DNA of 64,000 bases from Amoebidium appalachense (Eukaryota > Protista > Ichthyosporea). A program made the translations under genes and the position numbers. The stretch covers positions 4,108,907-4,172,906 of the forward strand of contig CAVNZM010000001.1 of assembly GCA_963693365.1 (NCBI GenBank), read 5' to 3'. The first letter of the stretch is position 1. Every line of letters starts with the position of its first letter. Shown here piece after piece: positions 1 to 25,459 of the stretch. Under the pieces are notes generated by a model. The model did no database searches. It was not told the origin of the DNA and saw only the letters and a program-made list of their open reading frames with translations.

Positions 1-634
1 GGGGGGGGGGGGGGGGGGGGGGGGGAGGGGGGGGGGAGGGAGGGGGGGGGAGGGGAGGGGGGGGGTGGGGGGGGGGGATTCCGAAGTGAACAAGTATGGT
101 TTTCCCGTTTAATTCCGGTACGAACGCCAACGCATCTGCACTCATTCGTCGATCAAACTTCTCCACTGACAGTGTGCATGTGTGCCAAGATGCCCAGCGG
201 AAACCAGAATTACAAACCCTGTCTACGTGATGGCACAAATTTCAATCCGGTCTCATTCATACAGGGCCAAAATATTTTTTTTTTAAAAAACAAAAGCCAA
301 AATCGTTCCCTAGCAAGGACTGTACGATGACTGCTGCCTCAAGTTTTGACCGCATTCATTCATTGGCTGGCAGCAAAAGAACGACAGTATTTGTACACCC
401 ACCACAATATCCCGTCCCCCCCCCCCCCCCTCCCCCCCCCTCCCCCCCCCCCCCCCTCCCCCCCGCCCCGCTGGCGCCGCCGAAAAGGAAGTGGCAAAGC
501 CAACATAAAACGAATAAATAAAAAACAAAACAGAACAAAGATAAACATACAACAAACCCACACAAGAAAAAAAAAAGAGTCGGGGAACCATTCAAAAAAG
601 AAAAACGAGGGCAAAATGTCCACCAATCGAGTCT

Positions 635-12184
<11,550 letters not shown>

Positions 12185-13148
12185 CTTGAGACATCGTCGA
12201 CTGCGTCTACCACACGAAGTCCTGCAGACCCTTGTTTGTTCTTCGTTGCTGAGGGGTGTCAGTGACCAAGCAATAATAACAGGTGAGTGTGCCGAGTTTT
12301 GATGAAGCGAAGAGCATTGGATGTAAGCACGAAGTTTCATTGTTGTCTACACTATCATAATTCAAGGATTCCGTATCTTTTTGTACGTTAGGTAGGTTTT
12401 TAATTGAGAGGGGGGAAGAGAAGAGAACGAAAGGATATACAGTTACCCCACCATCGGATCATTAAAACAACAGCTCCGCTCCATTCAGCCAGAGGGAACT
12501 TCAAACGACAAAAACGATCTTTAAAAATGCACTATGAAATACCCTCTCAGGAAAAGAACCATTCTCATGTCATTTCTAATGACTGCCGAATCAATAATAC
12601 TGCCAAAACATACCGTCGTCCACAAAAAAAACAACGAAAAACGTTTGTACGGATTCCAACTCTTGGTTTCAACTGTGGCCGCCAACGTCATCGATCGCGG
12701 GTTGTCTTGGCTGGTGGCTCGTGACATTCGGCGAAATAAAAAGCAACCGATATGTTTTAATTATCCATTCAAGAGGAGACAAACAGTTAGTGACGGTTTT
12801 AAAAGACCCTACAGTGCAACGAGTCATTTACCAATATCGCCATTATTTTGTTACTCAAAGTGTTATCCAATCGTTGACCTGTCAGTTATCTATGGAGGGA
12901 TCAGTTTCCGCCACGGCACGGCCAGCTGGCACGGGCCGCACACCCCAGAGCGAGCTGGTGCTGATCACGGCCCTCTGAACACAGGTGGCGACCCGGACTC
13001 CCGCGGATATAATCAACTTTCGTTATAACAGGATTTGGCTGATTTGGCATTATTTGCACGAAGTACAGATACCTCCAGTAAAAATAATAGTCACTAGCCT
13101 CATTTTTTTTTTTCGGAGAGGAGGGGGAGGGGGGAGAGCCGCGGGGGG

Positions 13149-13199
<51 letters not shown>

Positions 13200-13313
13200 C
13201 TGGGGGCAGCGAGCGCGAGCGGGATATAGCTATCTAATATTATTATGGAACTTGAAGATGAATTAGGGTTAGGGTTAACGGTATCCGGAGCCTTCGGTTC
13301 CACTCAATGCTCC

Positions 13314-13885
<572 letters not shown>

Positions 13886-14203
13886 TTCCCTCCCGCACCG
13901 CCGGGGCTCCACCGCCGCTTTTCTATGTAGATCTCGGTTGGTTGGTGGGTGGGTGGGTTGCGGTGCGCGTACTGCAGGTGAGGTGCGGAGGTCGGATACC
14001 GATGTCCTGGATGTCTTGTTTGTGGCAGCTAGGCAGGCCATTTTATGTATTGGCAACTGCGTGCTCTCTATCCTTTCAAATTTTATCAAAGTTTCTTTCT
14101 ATATCCCAGTTTCTTTTTCTTTCCGTGTCTTTTGAAATCACTTTTTTGTGGGGATGGGCCAGTTGGTATTACTGGGTACTGGTGTAGGTGTGTGTGTGTG
14201 TGT

Positions 14204-14242
<39 letters not shown>

Positions 14243-14253
14243 TGCGTGCGTGC

Positions 14254-14334
<81 letters not shown>

Positions 14335-15003
14335 TGTGTGTGCGTGTGTGCGTGTGTGTGTGTGCGGAGGTGTGTGTTGATCTGAGTACTAGCTAGGCTC
14401 GGTGCAGCTGTGCCCAGATTTAGAGGTACACGAATAAGGGGTAAAATGGTTAGAAAACGATGTCCCCCCCCCCCCCCCCTCCTCCCCCCCCCCCCCCCCC
14501 CCACCCACCCACCCACCCACCAACCCCACCACCACCACAACACACACACACACACACACTCCTTGCTGCTTCGATGATCACTGCAGGATTCTGATGTCCC
14601 GGGAGGTAAGGCTGCGGCATGCAAAATAAGCAACAAGCCTTAAAATGTAGATAGTAAAGGTGGTGGCATTATTTTCATTATTATTATTGTTGTCGTGGTT
14701 TCTTTCTTTCTTTCCTTCCTTCTTTCTATTGTTTTTTGTTACACCGATTGATTTGCACGCTAGGGACACTTATGTATTACTTAGGTATTAAACGATGCAC
14801 CACAAGACACCATACTTCGTATAATCGGAATTCCTAGACATGGCGTTGCTTTTTCACTAACCAATACACCTTCTCAAAGCTCACTTGTAAACTTTGTAAA
14901 ATAATTGTATACTACACACAGACGTCGACAACAAAAAATATTTTGCCTGATTGCACTATCATAATTTTCACTTCAGGTTTGAACTCGCCTGCCCTGCACA
15001 TCC

Positions 15004-15041
<38 letters not shown>

Positions 15042-15227
15042 GCGGTTTGCAAGGAGACCCAAATACAGCAGCATATTGGCAGTCAAAACCAAACACACAA
15101 ACCACAGTCAAAGACAAACACGTCTAAAACACGGCCCAAGGCACCAAAAGAAAAGCAAGAAAACCAACTCAGTAGCACTAGAAATCGAGCTTGGAGGGGC
15201 AGGCATGCAGCAAATAGTAGCGTCCAC

Positions 15228-16054
15228 CTAAAAGTAATCATCAAGCTCATCCATTTCATCCTCGCTCACTTCATCCTCGCAGGTGTCACAATTGGGATCC
15301 CAGATCATGCTCAAATCGACCCGATCCGGCTTGAGATTCTCCAATCGCGACGTGAAATTCCAGGGTTCAACATCCCTCCCTGCCCCGTGAAGCTCTAGCC
15401 ACGTCAGTCTGTCGAAATCAAACACAACATCGAAATCCTCGATACCGTCACAATTGTCAATAATGAGGGTGTGAAGGTTTGTGGCCTTCTCAAGTCCGTC
15501 GAGATCCGTCAGGCCCTTCTTCCCCTGCGTCTATAATTGAACATAAGTCACAAACACCGAACATCCCCCCCCCCCCCCCCCCCCTCCCCTCTCAGAGTAA
15601 AAAATAATAAAGAAGAAGTGAGAGACTTCGTTCCACTCCTCCCCCTCCTCCTAATCCTCCCTATCACTCTTTGCTGTTTCCATCTATTTTGTCTCCGACT
15701 GTACAACTGCACTGGCAACTGTAAGGAGTTGGGTGGAGGGAGTCCGAGTGAGTCCATTCGTGTATGTGTGTGTACGAGTGCATATCTCTCCTCTGTCTCT
15801 CTCTTTCTCTCTCTGTGTGTGTGTGTGAAACACGTGTGAGTGAGTGAGTGTGTGTGTGTGTTTGGGGGGGGGGGGGGGGGGGGGGGGGGGGACAACCGGT
15901 ACCAAGGGCGAAAGGATACACAACGATTTGCCCTAAAAGCGATATACTGATTATGCAGCACACTAATATTCAGAGATTACAGTGCGTGTGTGTGTACGTG
16001 TGTGTGTGTGTGTGTGCGCGCGCGCAGGTGTGCGTGCGTGCACACTCGCGCGTC

Positions 16055-16122
<68 letters not shown>

Positions 16123-16634
16123 CACAGCACGTGTTTGTGGGAGATGGGGGATAGGGGAGGGGGAGGGGAGGGGGGAAGGGGGGAGGGGGAGGGGCTGGTT
16201 AGAACTTGTCAAAGAGTACGTACAACACATTCACAACGGACAACACAACACAAGTTTTGCAAAGCACACACAAAGACTCTGGCATCATATGCCCCCCGTG
16301 GGGAAGGGGAAGGGGGGGGGAGGGGGAGGGGGACCCAGAAAACAAGGGGAAAGGCGGGGGCAAGGTGAGCAGGGAGGGCGGACAAGGGGGGGAGGGGGGA
16401 AGACCTTCACGTGGAGATACTCGAGGAAGCTCAACTCTTCCTCCAGCCCACGCAGGCTCAGCCTCCTTGTCGGCTCAATCACCAACCGTTTAACTCCAGG
16501 GAAGAACGGACGGTATCGGACCGCGCTTTTTCATTCCAAAAGCTCCAAATCGGTGAAATCTGATGCTTAGGATTGGAGTGGCACCATATCTTCGGCCTCA
16601 TCAGCCTTTGGCGGGTAGCAGTCTGTGAGTGAGC

Positions 16635-16708
<74 letters not shown>

Positions 16709-16759
16709 CTGAGAGTAGGACAGATAGAGAGGGGGGAAGGGGAGGGGCGGGGGGGGGGG

Positions 16760-16858
<99 letters not shown>

Positions 16859-18291
16859 TGCATTAACGTGCAGAAGTGCTTTGAGCTTACCCATTATGCG
16901 ATAAAACTGCCCACATGTTGATTAATCAACAACAATCTACACCCATCTTTTACATAGAAACAAGCACACACACACTTGCGCACAGCCAGAACAGGCACAA
17001 GTATTGGCCTAGCCACCGACTAGGCTAAACCCAAAACCACAAACGCGCACCCCAGACCACACACACCCGCGCGCCCACAAGCACCCACGCACACGCACGC
17101 ATGCCCACCCCCCCCCCCCCCCCCCCCGCGCGCGCGCGCGCGCGCCGTCCGCCCGCCCGCCCGCACACACACACACATACATACCTATGAACTTTGCCGC
17201 CTTCAACCTGGGCAACTCCATATCTGGCTCCACCTTCACCCCTCCAAACTCGATGCGGGTCAGACACGAATCCTCTCCGCAAACCGCCATAATATCCGGT
17301 TGTGTCATGTTCCCGTAATAAGAAAGTGATCGAAGATGCAATAGGGATTCCTCTTCCCCCAAAACGAAAGTTCCGTATCCCGAATTGGTATCAATCACCC
17401 CTAGGTGGGTCAGCTCTTTTCAGTCATCGACCCCCCACATGGCTTCAATATCACCGTATTTGTCTTCGTCCAGCTGGAAGGGGGTGGAGGTGGGTTAGAA
17501 TAGCATACGGAGTACGAAGCATACACTGACGACGGAGAGCACATTGTCAGTGCAGATTGCAAAGCAACATGTTAAGACGGATATACCCGGGTCTAAAACA
17601 TTGTATAAAGGGGCAGCAAGGAAGATGGAAGTACAGAGAACAGCATGGAAAACACTACCTTTTTTTTTTGCCAGGGTGTGTGTGTGTGTGTGTTAACGAG
17701 AAAGAGAGAGAGAAGGGGGGGGGGGGGGGGGGGGGGGGGGGGAGGGCGGGAGTAACGAGAGAGAGGGGTGGCGGGGAGGGGGGGGCGAGGGGGAGGGGGG
17801 AGGGGGGTGTTGATGAGAGAGAGAGAAGGGGAAGGGGGGGGGGGGGGGGGGGGATCCGGGATGTGTATCGGGGGATTAGAGGGGGTAAAGGGGTTTTAGG
17901 CCCAGTTGCAGAGATCATGGACGACAATACCATGCATATTTTGCAGAACAGACCACACGCTGGTGTATGCACCATAAGTAGAGTCCATCCTTGGGGGGGA
18001 GGGTTGGGGAGGGGAGCACGTAGACAGCAAAATACTTGTGGGGGGGGGGGGGGGGGGGGGGGGAGGGGGGGGGGGGGGGGGGGGGGGGGGAGGGGGTGCG
18101 CTATAAAGTGCGAAGTACACATACACAACCGACAACACGATGCAGAGTGCAATTCACACGTAGAAGAGCATGAATAATAAGCAGAGCCCATCCATAGAGG
18201 GGGCTCACGTCATTTACAGCACCCGTGTTTCGGCCCATTCACCTCGTCAACTACGCCCAACCCAGACACTGTTTCACTTGAACATTGTTGT

Positions 18292-18339
<48 letters not shown>

Positions 18340-19634
18340 GAGGCCCTTTTTTCGCTTCATCCTCTGCCACCCCCCATCCCTATATACACTTTATAACGTC
18401 TATAATGATCGTTCCTCTGCGTCACGGGTTGTCCCATCCTCCCCCCCCCCCCCTCTCCCTCCCTCCCCCTCCCCCCCCCAAAAAACACGCACCTACAACC
18501 TACAACAAGAAGGGGAAGAGGGGGGGAAGGGGGGAGGGGGGGTAGAAAGAAAAAAAGTCGAAGGGAATACACACTCCTCCCAAATCAGAAACCATCTGGA
18601 TTCACCGACTCCTTGCTCAACGCAAACCTTCAACTACTTGTGTGCAAACATTCCATCTTCTTCTTCTTTTTTTGTTCTTTTTCTTTTTTGGACTTTCCAA
18701 ATTTCCATACCGAGATATCCAGGCGCTTGAGGTCCGGGCACTCCTCAAACACCTTCTTCAATTCATCCTGGCACGTGGGGAAGAAATACAAACTGGTCAA
18801 CCTTGTCGCATGTTCGCAGACCTCCTTAATGTTTCCGGTCGCATTTATAAGTTTCAGTGTCTGCAACTTGACCAAATTGGTCGGCAATTTGATTTTTTTG
18901 TCTACTAAACACTGAAAAAAAATCGACAGGTGCTCCAGGGAATGCATACTTGCAGGAATTTCAGGTCTGTTTTGGCCTGTTCCACCTCATCGTTCACAAT
19001 CGTCAAATCCAGATGCACCAATTTCGGAATTAGACCCCACGATTCCGGGGTCATTGCGGCGCGCAAAAACAACAATTTTTTAGACTTTTCCGGAACCTTT
19101 AGGTTGAAAACTATTGCAGGCGGTGGTGCACTGTAGTCTTCCGCAATCTTTGGATGTTGGCTATCGGCAACGATATTCGGTTCAAAATTTACGTATTTCA
19201 ACGCCGAAAAATCTGTTCCGGCAGTGAATTGATCTATCTCCAGGTTCTCTATAACTTTCTCGCATTCATCGTTCCTGAAATACACACGAACCGTCAGTTT
19301 CTCCGGTTTCAACCCCGCGGGCAACAGACACCACCTAGCCCTCTCTTAGTTTTCCGGGCCGACGACAATCGTGTGGTCTATCCCCGGAATATTTCCAATC
19401 TGCAGCAGTTTTTCGTGCAGAAGATCTGTCAGAGCCGAATCCCCGTCCTCTACCCAAAAGCTGGTGTACTCGATGTGGGCAAGTTGGGGCATTTGGGCAC
19501 GATTTTGGTAGTCACGAAATCGACGACTGGATCGATGGCTGCAAAAAGGGGATAGAGGTTTATGTCAGTGAGAAACATGCACTTTGGTAACTCTTTGTGA
19601 AAAAGTCTCGGGTTAGATCACTACATCCTGTAAA

Positions 19635-19688
<54 letters not shown>

Positions 19689-19917
19689 TAGCACAAGACC
19701 CAAGCGTGCATGTAACCTCGAACCTGTGGTCAAGTGTGGGGTTGGGATGCAAGAGAGGAGGGGCAGAGAGACAAGGGATGGAAGTTGAGAGAACAACAAC
19801 AAACATTGGTGTTCGTGTATGTGGCTGTGGTGATGGCCTTGATGAGATAGTATGTTGTGCAAAGGCGAGGGCTGCAGGGAGGGCCGGGAGGGAAAGGGTG
19901 GTGGTGGTGGTGGTGGT

Positions 19918-19954
<37 letters not shown>

Positions 19955-20152
19955 CTTTCCTTGAGAGTGAGAGGTGCGGGTCCACTAGCTCTATGGTGAG
20001 GTCAGGTATGTCTGTGTGTTTGTTTAGGTGTTCTTGGTGTGGACGTGTTGTGTGAAATGTTCGGGTGTTGTTCTACCTTTGGACGGTTGTATGTGTGTAC
20101 GGGGTGGTTAAGCAGGCCGAGGAATGAATATCACCTTCGAATTCCCCCTTTT

Positions 20153-20216
<64 letters not shown>

Positions 20217-20867
20217 AAAAAAAAAAAAAAAGGGAAAAATAAAATAAATAAAAAAATTATAATAATAGAGCAGGCACACTTACTGTGATACATCCAGCCT
20301 TCGTACTTTCCATCTGGTCCATACTGCGTTGCACTCGGCCCAACGTGCTTCAACCTCAGATGTGTAACACATGGGCCCCAGCCAGCGACTGCTACTTCAA
20401 TTGCCTTTCTGTTTTCTAACGTTATTCGTTCAGTTGCCGCGCTTTTCCCACAAATGCCTCTTTCAGCAGGTGGGACGGTGAGGGAGAAGGGCCCCGCCTG
20501 AGGCTGACGGGCCACAGCACACAGGCGTTGACAGGTGCTGGCCAGTTGCAGGCGGTCGTGTTGGGGGAGACAGCGAATGATTATATGGAGAAGTTCGGCA
20601 GGAAGAGATTCGAGACGAGACGGTGTCCTGGCGCCAGCTGCAGACGAAGAAGGGTGTTCCGGAGGAGGAGGAGGGGGGGGGGGGGGGGGGATTTCTGTTA
20701 GATCTCGGCTCCAAGGCGGCAACCAAATGGCTTAGATGAACACAGTGTGTCAGGAATGGGAGGAAGACTGATGACGGAGTCTTGATAGTGTCCAGGTAGG
20801 TGTACCAAGTCATTGACGGGTTTGTATTGTTTCCTTCCTTTCCTTTTTTTGGGAGAACAGGGGACAT
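15228..20867 (-). pseudogene. F-box/leucine-rich-repeat protein pseudogene
   Basis: F-box motif RLESLPAELLHIIIRCLPQHDRLQLASTCQRLCAVAR in the exon ending at 20284. Further GT-AG exons: 19583-19627, 18950-19538, ~18575-18911, 17185-17473, 16405-16622, 15228-15530. These carry LRR-like units (KCPNL, LVKLQTLKL, ECPDLKRLDIS, KELTHL, KATNLHTLIIDNC, DRLTWLELHG). In-frame stops at 19346-19348 (TAA), 17424-17426 (TGA), 16567-16569 (TAA) and 16531-16533 (TGA). Apparent frameshift near 19478 and a disrupted 3' part of the 18575-18911 exon. Start position uncertain. Confidence 0.8.
18097..18193. repeat. ~95-nt dispersed intronic cassette, diverged copy C
   Basis: aaagtgcgaagtacac...aacacgatgcagagtgcaa...aataataagcagagcccatcc aligns by eye to copies A and B. 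Confidence 0.7.
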
Positions 20868-22425
20868 GCTACCCTGATGTGTCTAGGATTTTGATGCGAC
20901 CGTGTCAAGGATGTGAATAAGTAGCCAACCTACCCCCGTCCCCTGCTCCCTTGCCCTCCCCATCCACTTTCCCCAGCCCCCTCCCTCCCTCCCAGTCCTC
21001 GCAACCAGTACCCCCTTACCAATGCACTCACTTTGTCCCTACCATGTACAACCGTTTTCTGTAAAGACCCCCCCCGCCTGAAAACGTTAGACATTTTCAA
21101 GCTGTGAGGTTTTGGTGCATGTTCCCACCAAGCCACTTGCACACCCGAATATCGGTAGGCACACTGTTACCACTTGCATAAAAAGACACATATCCCGAAG
21201 GCTTGCTGCCTAAAGCAGCAAGATGGAGGTAGGGTGCTGTCCTCTGGCGGAGTAGACTACGGTCTCTACAACAAAATTAAAGACACGGGTTGGATTAAGA
21301 CAGTGCCTAAGGCCAGGGACAGAACAGACGTTTCACGTACTCTCAACGAGCAGTGTGAATAAAAACAACATCTAATCCCATCAAACGCACAAAAAGGTTT
21401 CGCTCCGGCTTGTGTAGCACAAACAGGCACCTTGTCCTTTAACCGGCTTCGCCCCCCCCCTTTCCTTCCTTTTGGACCCGGTATGGTGCGGGCCTTACCC
21501 CTTCTGTGACCTAGTTTTGGGTCCCATGGTGACTTGTCAAAGCTCACTGAACGCAACTTGCATTCGAATTCACAATGCCACCACCGTTTCTTTCAGTAGT
21601 AGCCAAGGCCTCCTGATCACCTAGCGCGGAGTGACGTTACAATGACGTCATCGGGATTGACTCAGGTGAAACTGAATCGTCGGGAGGGGCCGGGGGCGGG
21701 GAGGAGGAGGGGGCGGGGGGAAGGGGGGAGGGGAGGGAGGGATGTGGGGGGGGGGGGGAGGGGGGGTTGCTTTCCAATCTTAGGTGACCGTGTGCAGGTG
21801 GAGTGGAGGAGTGAATGCCGAGGGGTAAAGCCTAGGCCTTGTAACCATGTCTGAATGTCGTTGCCGGCAATTTATGCATGTGTATCTCACGATCTCGTGA
21901 TCTAATTGATATTAGGCTAAATAAGGAGTTGCAGGAGGGTGGGGAGGATGGGGGTGAGGGGGGAGAGGCGGAGTTCACGTGGCGCGAGCTCATAGGGATA
22001 CATCATACCGTACATGCATGGGTCCGGATAGGGTGGGGGGGGGGGGGGGGGGGGGAGGGGAGGGGGGGGAGGGGGGAGCGGGGAAGAGCACAGAAAGTTA
22101 CTGCACACACAGACAAAGCCCACAAAATGCAGATACATATGCGCACAGAACTGGATAATTGAATAAAATGCTATGATTCAATATGCAGACCATATCAATG
22201 AGTGCAACCCACGCCATGGCCACATCAGGTTGCAGCCACCACCTGGTAACTGTGTCACTACGCAGCATGGAATAAAACAACCTGCATCCCACCACCCTAA
22301 ACTAATAGCACCACCACACCACATTAGACCCTGGTGGCCTCGGCGACTGGATTAGATCCACTGCACCCTTGCAATTTTTCAGAAAAACGTTGGGGACCCT
22401 TTACATACTTCCTTTTCTGGTATAG

Positions 22426-22896
22426 AGGGCCCAACCACATCGGCAGAGTCAACTTGCAAAAAGCAGAATTATTCTGCTAAAGCTGAATTATTCTGCTAAA
22501 AGCGTGATTATTCTGCAAAAAGCAGAATTATTCTGCAAAAGTAGAATCACTCTGCCTTTGGCAGAAGTATTCTGCAAAAGCAGAATCAGTCTGCAAACAG
22601 CAGAATCAATCTGCTAAAAGCAGAATTATTCCGCAAAAAGCAGAATCATTCTGCTTTCGACAGCAGAATAATTCTGCCCTTAGCAGAATAATTCTGCTTT
22701 TAGCAGATTGATTCTGCTTTTAGCAGATCTATTCTGCTGTTTGCAGATTGATTCTGCTTTTGCAGAATAATTCTGCTTTTAGTAGAGTGATTTTGCTTTT
22801 GCAGAATAATTCTGCTTTTTGCAAAATGATTCTGCTTTTTTCAGAATAATCTGCTCGGAGCAAGTTGACTCAGCCGATGTGCGGGTTCGGGGCCTT
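22426..22896. mobile_element. Foldback-like non-autonomous TIR element, copy 1
   Basis: Ends AGGGCCCAACCACATCGGCAGAGTCAACT ... AGTTGACTCAGCCGATGTGCGGGTTCGGGGCCTT. The interior is a ~20-22-nt-period array of GCAGAAT(T/A)ATTCTGC-like palindromes, A-spaced on the left and T-spaced on the right. GTATAG occurs on both flanks (22420-22425, 22897-22902). Confidence 0.8.
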
Positions 22897-25142
22897 GTAT
22901 AGTTGTACACACAAACCCACATTTAGAAACAAATGTTTGTCACAATATAAAAGCCTGAACGTTCTGCCGTATCTTTATAATTTTACGAAGACGTATACAT
23001 GTTCTTAAAGTTTTGGTAATTCTCCTGGGACAGATGCCTGCCCAATCCAAAGACGACGGTGCTGAACAAGACCTTGATATAGTATTTCTGAGGCTGAAAC
23101 ATACTAGCAGGCCAACTGCAATTAACGACTGCAACAGAACTAGCAGGACCAGTTTGCACATACATACACCCAAAGGGAGTGTGTGGCTAAGAACCCGGTA
23201 TTACACACTGCAACCAGTAGTGCCACACCGGTGGCCATCTCTGTACATCGAGCTCTGCTACCTTCTGAGGTAGCTCTTCAAAGTTTTTCAAGGGGACGCG
23301 GACGACCCGGAGAGAGGCTGATCACGTGACTCACCTGCCCTTGAAAAATAGCCAGCGACGATTTATTCGTACATAGGCTGGAGGGCACAGTCAGGACGTG
23401 CCAGTATCGAGCTCTACTTGGTATGCGACTGTGGGTGTGCGCACTCTGGTGCATCACACACTGCACGGGGGTTATTTACCTGGAAGAAAACGAACGCACA
23501 AGTGTGCGCATATGACACACATATATACGCTGCGACAGACACTCGTGAGCGTGTGCGCCCACGGGCGCGTGCACGCGTGCACCCACACACACACACACAC
23601 ACACGTGCACACACACACACACACAGGCATGTCGTCACAGACGCACGCACGCACACACACACGCACGCACGCACACACGCATGCACCCACGCACCCACGC
23701 ACCACGCACGCATGCACACACGCACGCACGCATGCAGGCATGCACCCACGCACGCACAAACACGCACGCACGCACACACGCACACACACAAGCACAAACA
23801 CGCACCCATTCTCCCATGCATGCACGCACACACACAAGCACAAACACACACACATTTGTGTACACACGGCGGGTTACAGACATGGCACACATATGCACAG
23901 GTACTAACAGAAAACATCCACCCACACACTAATTAGCGCACACAATGCAGTGGATAAAAAACCGGGTTTTTTACATTCTTGCACTTCTAGTCTTTTTATT
24001 AAAACTCCCCCAGTATTCCTCTTTTAGAAGACTCGTTTTTATTTTCTTTTCTTTTCTTTCTTTTTTTTTTTTTTGTGTGTGTGTGTGTAGAAGGAGGCCG
24101 GGGGAGATGGGGGGGGATATGGCCGGTGTCACGTGCACGATAATGCATCCACAGGTAATTAGTTTTGGCGCTTGAAAAGGGTTCAGACACTTCCTCCCCC
24201 CATTCCTTCCTCCCTCCCCTTCCTCCCCCCACTCCCCTCCCACACACCCCTCCCCTAGCCTCCCTCCCCATTCATTCTGTCTATCCCCGACATACCATGT
24301 TGACCACTCACACATACTATGATAGTACTCCGAACACACACACGTGTTACTTACAGTGATGATGCTGCATAGCCTGCCACCGTGAGACATATGCCTTCCC
24401 GCCCCCCCCCCCCTCCCCCCCCCCCCCCCCCCAGGGTCCCCCTCGCCCATCCCCCCTCCCCCCCTCGCCCCTCCCCTCATCTCTCCTTTCTCCCCTTCTC
24501 GTCCGCCCGCCAGCCCCTCCCCCACAGCGCCAGCGCTCCATGACCTTCGAAAAAAATACAGGCTACTGTACCCAGGTACCTCGTGCACATGCCATTGGCC
24601 ACCACGACCTGGTCCCCCCCCCCCCCCCCCCTCCCCTCCCTTGGCCAGCTCCGCCGCGGCTCATGGCCGTTCTTTTTTAATTCTGCCTCTTCTTCCCTCC
24701 CTACCGTGCTAATCACACACGCGCGCGCAAGCATACACACACACCCTCCCACACACACGCACCTCGTCGCGCACACACACACAGATACACACACGCACAC
24801 AGTCTGTGGCCAACAGTAGTAAGGCAAGCTAGCGCACGGTGCATTACATCAGCTCTCTAGTTGGCATTGGCAGTTTTTTTTACAGTGAAGCTCTGTGTGT
24901 ACGAGCAACATTTTCCAGACGGTGAGTTACCACCGTTCGTGTGAATGTAAATTGCGACTGCAGAAATCAACGAAAACCAGCAATGAGCACCTGCATAAGT
25001 GAGATATATGGTATGAAGAGGCCCATGGGAGGAGGGGGAGGCGGGGGGTGAGTAGGGGGAGGGAGGGAGGGAGGGAGGGGGCCGGTGGGGGGGGGAGCCA
25101 ATTGGTGTGTGTACGGCGTACAATCATCATGTACATGTAGTA

Positions 25143-25459
25143 CAGATAGCGTCCGCGAATAAGAACCCCCCAAAATGTGGCTATGAGCACATCAATAAAG
25201 TAATTATAAAAAAAATATTTTCTATGAGCACATCAATAAAGTTATTATAAAAAATATAAAAAATGTGGCCGGGTGGCGGACTCTTAAATTTTTTGGAGGG
25301 TCGGGGTCAGAATCTTAATGGCGGAGGGCCCATTAATGATGATTTATATGTCTGTCCGCCAATAAGATCATCCCAAAAAAAAAGTCGGGGGGCAGAATCT
25401 TAAAAAAAAATCGATTTTGCCGTCTTATTGGCGGGGTTCTTATTCGCGGACGGTATCTG
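25143..25459. mobile_element. MITE, probably Tc1/mariner-type (TA TSD)
   Basis: TA|CAGATAGCGTCCGCGAATAAGAACCCC ... GGGGTTCTTATTCGCGGACGGTATCTG|TA gives a 27-bp TIR with 1 mismatch. Internal direct repeat ctatgagcacatcaataaag occurs twice. No coding capacity. Confidence 0.85.

Noticed and set aside
13263-13277. TTAGGGTTAGGGTTA telomere-like motif
   Set aside because: Only 2.5 units and internal, which is insufficient for a telomeric feature.
15228-19540. Possible TAA/TAG-to-Gln reassignment explaining in-frame stops in the F-box gene
   Set aside because: TGA stops and frameshifts also interrupt the gene, and the intact genes and the long pol ORF contain no in-frame TAA/TAG. Pseudogenisation is the simpler explanation.
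22460-22855. CRISPR-like array of palindromic repeats
   Set aside because: The period is only ~21 nt with A/T linkers instead of unique spacers. The array is enclosed by TIRs, there are no cas genes, and the context is eukaryotic.
22940-23420. Complex sequence with short ORFs that could be exons
   Set aside because: No recognisable motif or phase-consistent splice chain could be built.
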